A stretch of DNA of 63,318 bases, filler included, from Rhabdomonas costata (taxonomy: Eukaryota): assembly GCA_019059605.1 (NCBI GenBank). It is 50 parts of 50 records of this genome, joined end to end, with 100 filler letters (N's around TTAATTAATTAA, not from the genome) between each part and the next. Parts side by side here need not be neighbours in the genome. Positions count along the whole stretch, not along the records: positions 62,151 to 63,318 come from JAHMHO010025287.1; 49 more parts are not named here. One strand, given 5' to 3'. This document shows, piece by piece, positions 62,815 through 63,318 of this stretch. Positions within the stretch are counted from its first letter, which is position 1, and the number at the start of each line of letters is the position of its first letter. Position numbers and translations under genes: made by a program. The notes beneath the pieces are model-generated. The model was not told the DNA's origin. It saw only the letters and a list, made by a program, of their open reading frames with translations, and did no database searches.

Positions 62815-63318
62815 GTTTGCCGTCCTGGAAGTCGTCTGGTTTCTCGGTTTCTCCTATTCTCATCTGTTCTCCCTCCCGTTGGGCTGAATTTAGGAAGACC
62901 GTGTTGATCGCCTTCTCTGCAATGTATTCACAACACCGCACCTCCGCGATTTGCGCGATGGGCTGGTTCGATTTCTTCAACCCCTATGCTCTGCTCGGAA
63001 AACAGCCACCATTGTGTGTCGAATTAATTCGTTTGATGGTGTCAATTGTTTAACGCCTCCCTCGACTCTATAAACAGTTGGAAGGTCGATAAACGCGAGC
63101 GATTGTGAAACACCTTTGGTTCGAAGTCAAAGCGGGGAGAGGTGATCGGGATTCAGGCGCATTATTCAGGGCGTATTAACATGGACTTGTCTATAACGGG
63201 CGGATGTACACACGTCTTGCTCCGGTGCAGTGTGCCAAAGCACACAACAAAAGCCGTTGTCAGCGAGCACCAAACCAAAGCACAGACCCCGATCAAGCCA
63301 TACAACCGTACAGTAAAC

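Overview
This window is not one locus. It is 50 unrelated contigs of about 1.17 kb joined by artificial 100-bp spacers (44 N + TTAATTAATTAA + 44 N), so no synteny or operon inference across spacers is valid. G/T-rich 5' and C/A-rich 3' contig ends, fold-back inverted repeats at contig ends and 127-bp terminal overlaps point to a whole-genome-amplified template assembled with k=127. The source is an intron-rich eukaryote, most likely a euglenid (Euglenozoa). This is inferred from a single-hairpin AGA-box H/ACA snoRNA in a tandem unit, GTNTG-biased and GC splice donors, and multiple adenylate cyclases. Gene fragments recognised by motif after manual splicing: two class III adenylate cyclases, syntaxin-5, an LRR protein, a cyclophilin, RRP3/DDX47, a DNAH6-like dynein heavy chain, an Hsp70-like exon, an ankyrin exon, a TRPV-like channel, a VWA-protein C-terminus, CDC5L, an ADP-ribosyltransferase and a sphingolipid synthase. 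Mobile DNA comprises a Ty3/Gypsy integrase remnant, a DIRS methyltransferase domain and at least three unnamed dispersed repeat families. The best leads are: a 1042-bp tandem or circular ncRNA unit with a guide predicted for the SSU site equivalent to yeast Psi1181; a second pocket hairpin in that unit complementary to the U6 ACAGAGA region; a dispersed C(UUCG)G hairpin element; frequent GC-AG introns; and the TRPV-like gene. I cannot support a complete novel multi-gene system from these fragments. All identifications are from recalled motifs; no searches were run.
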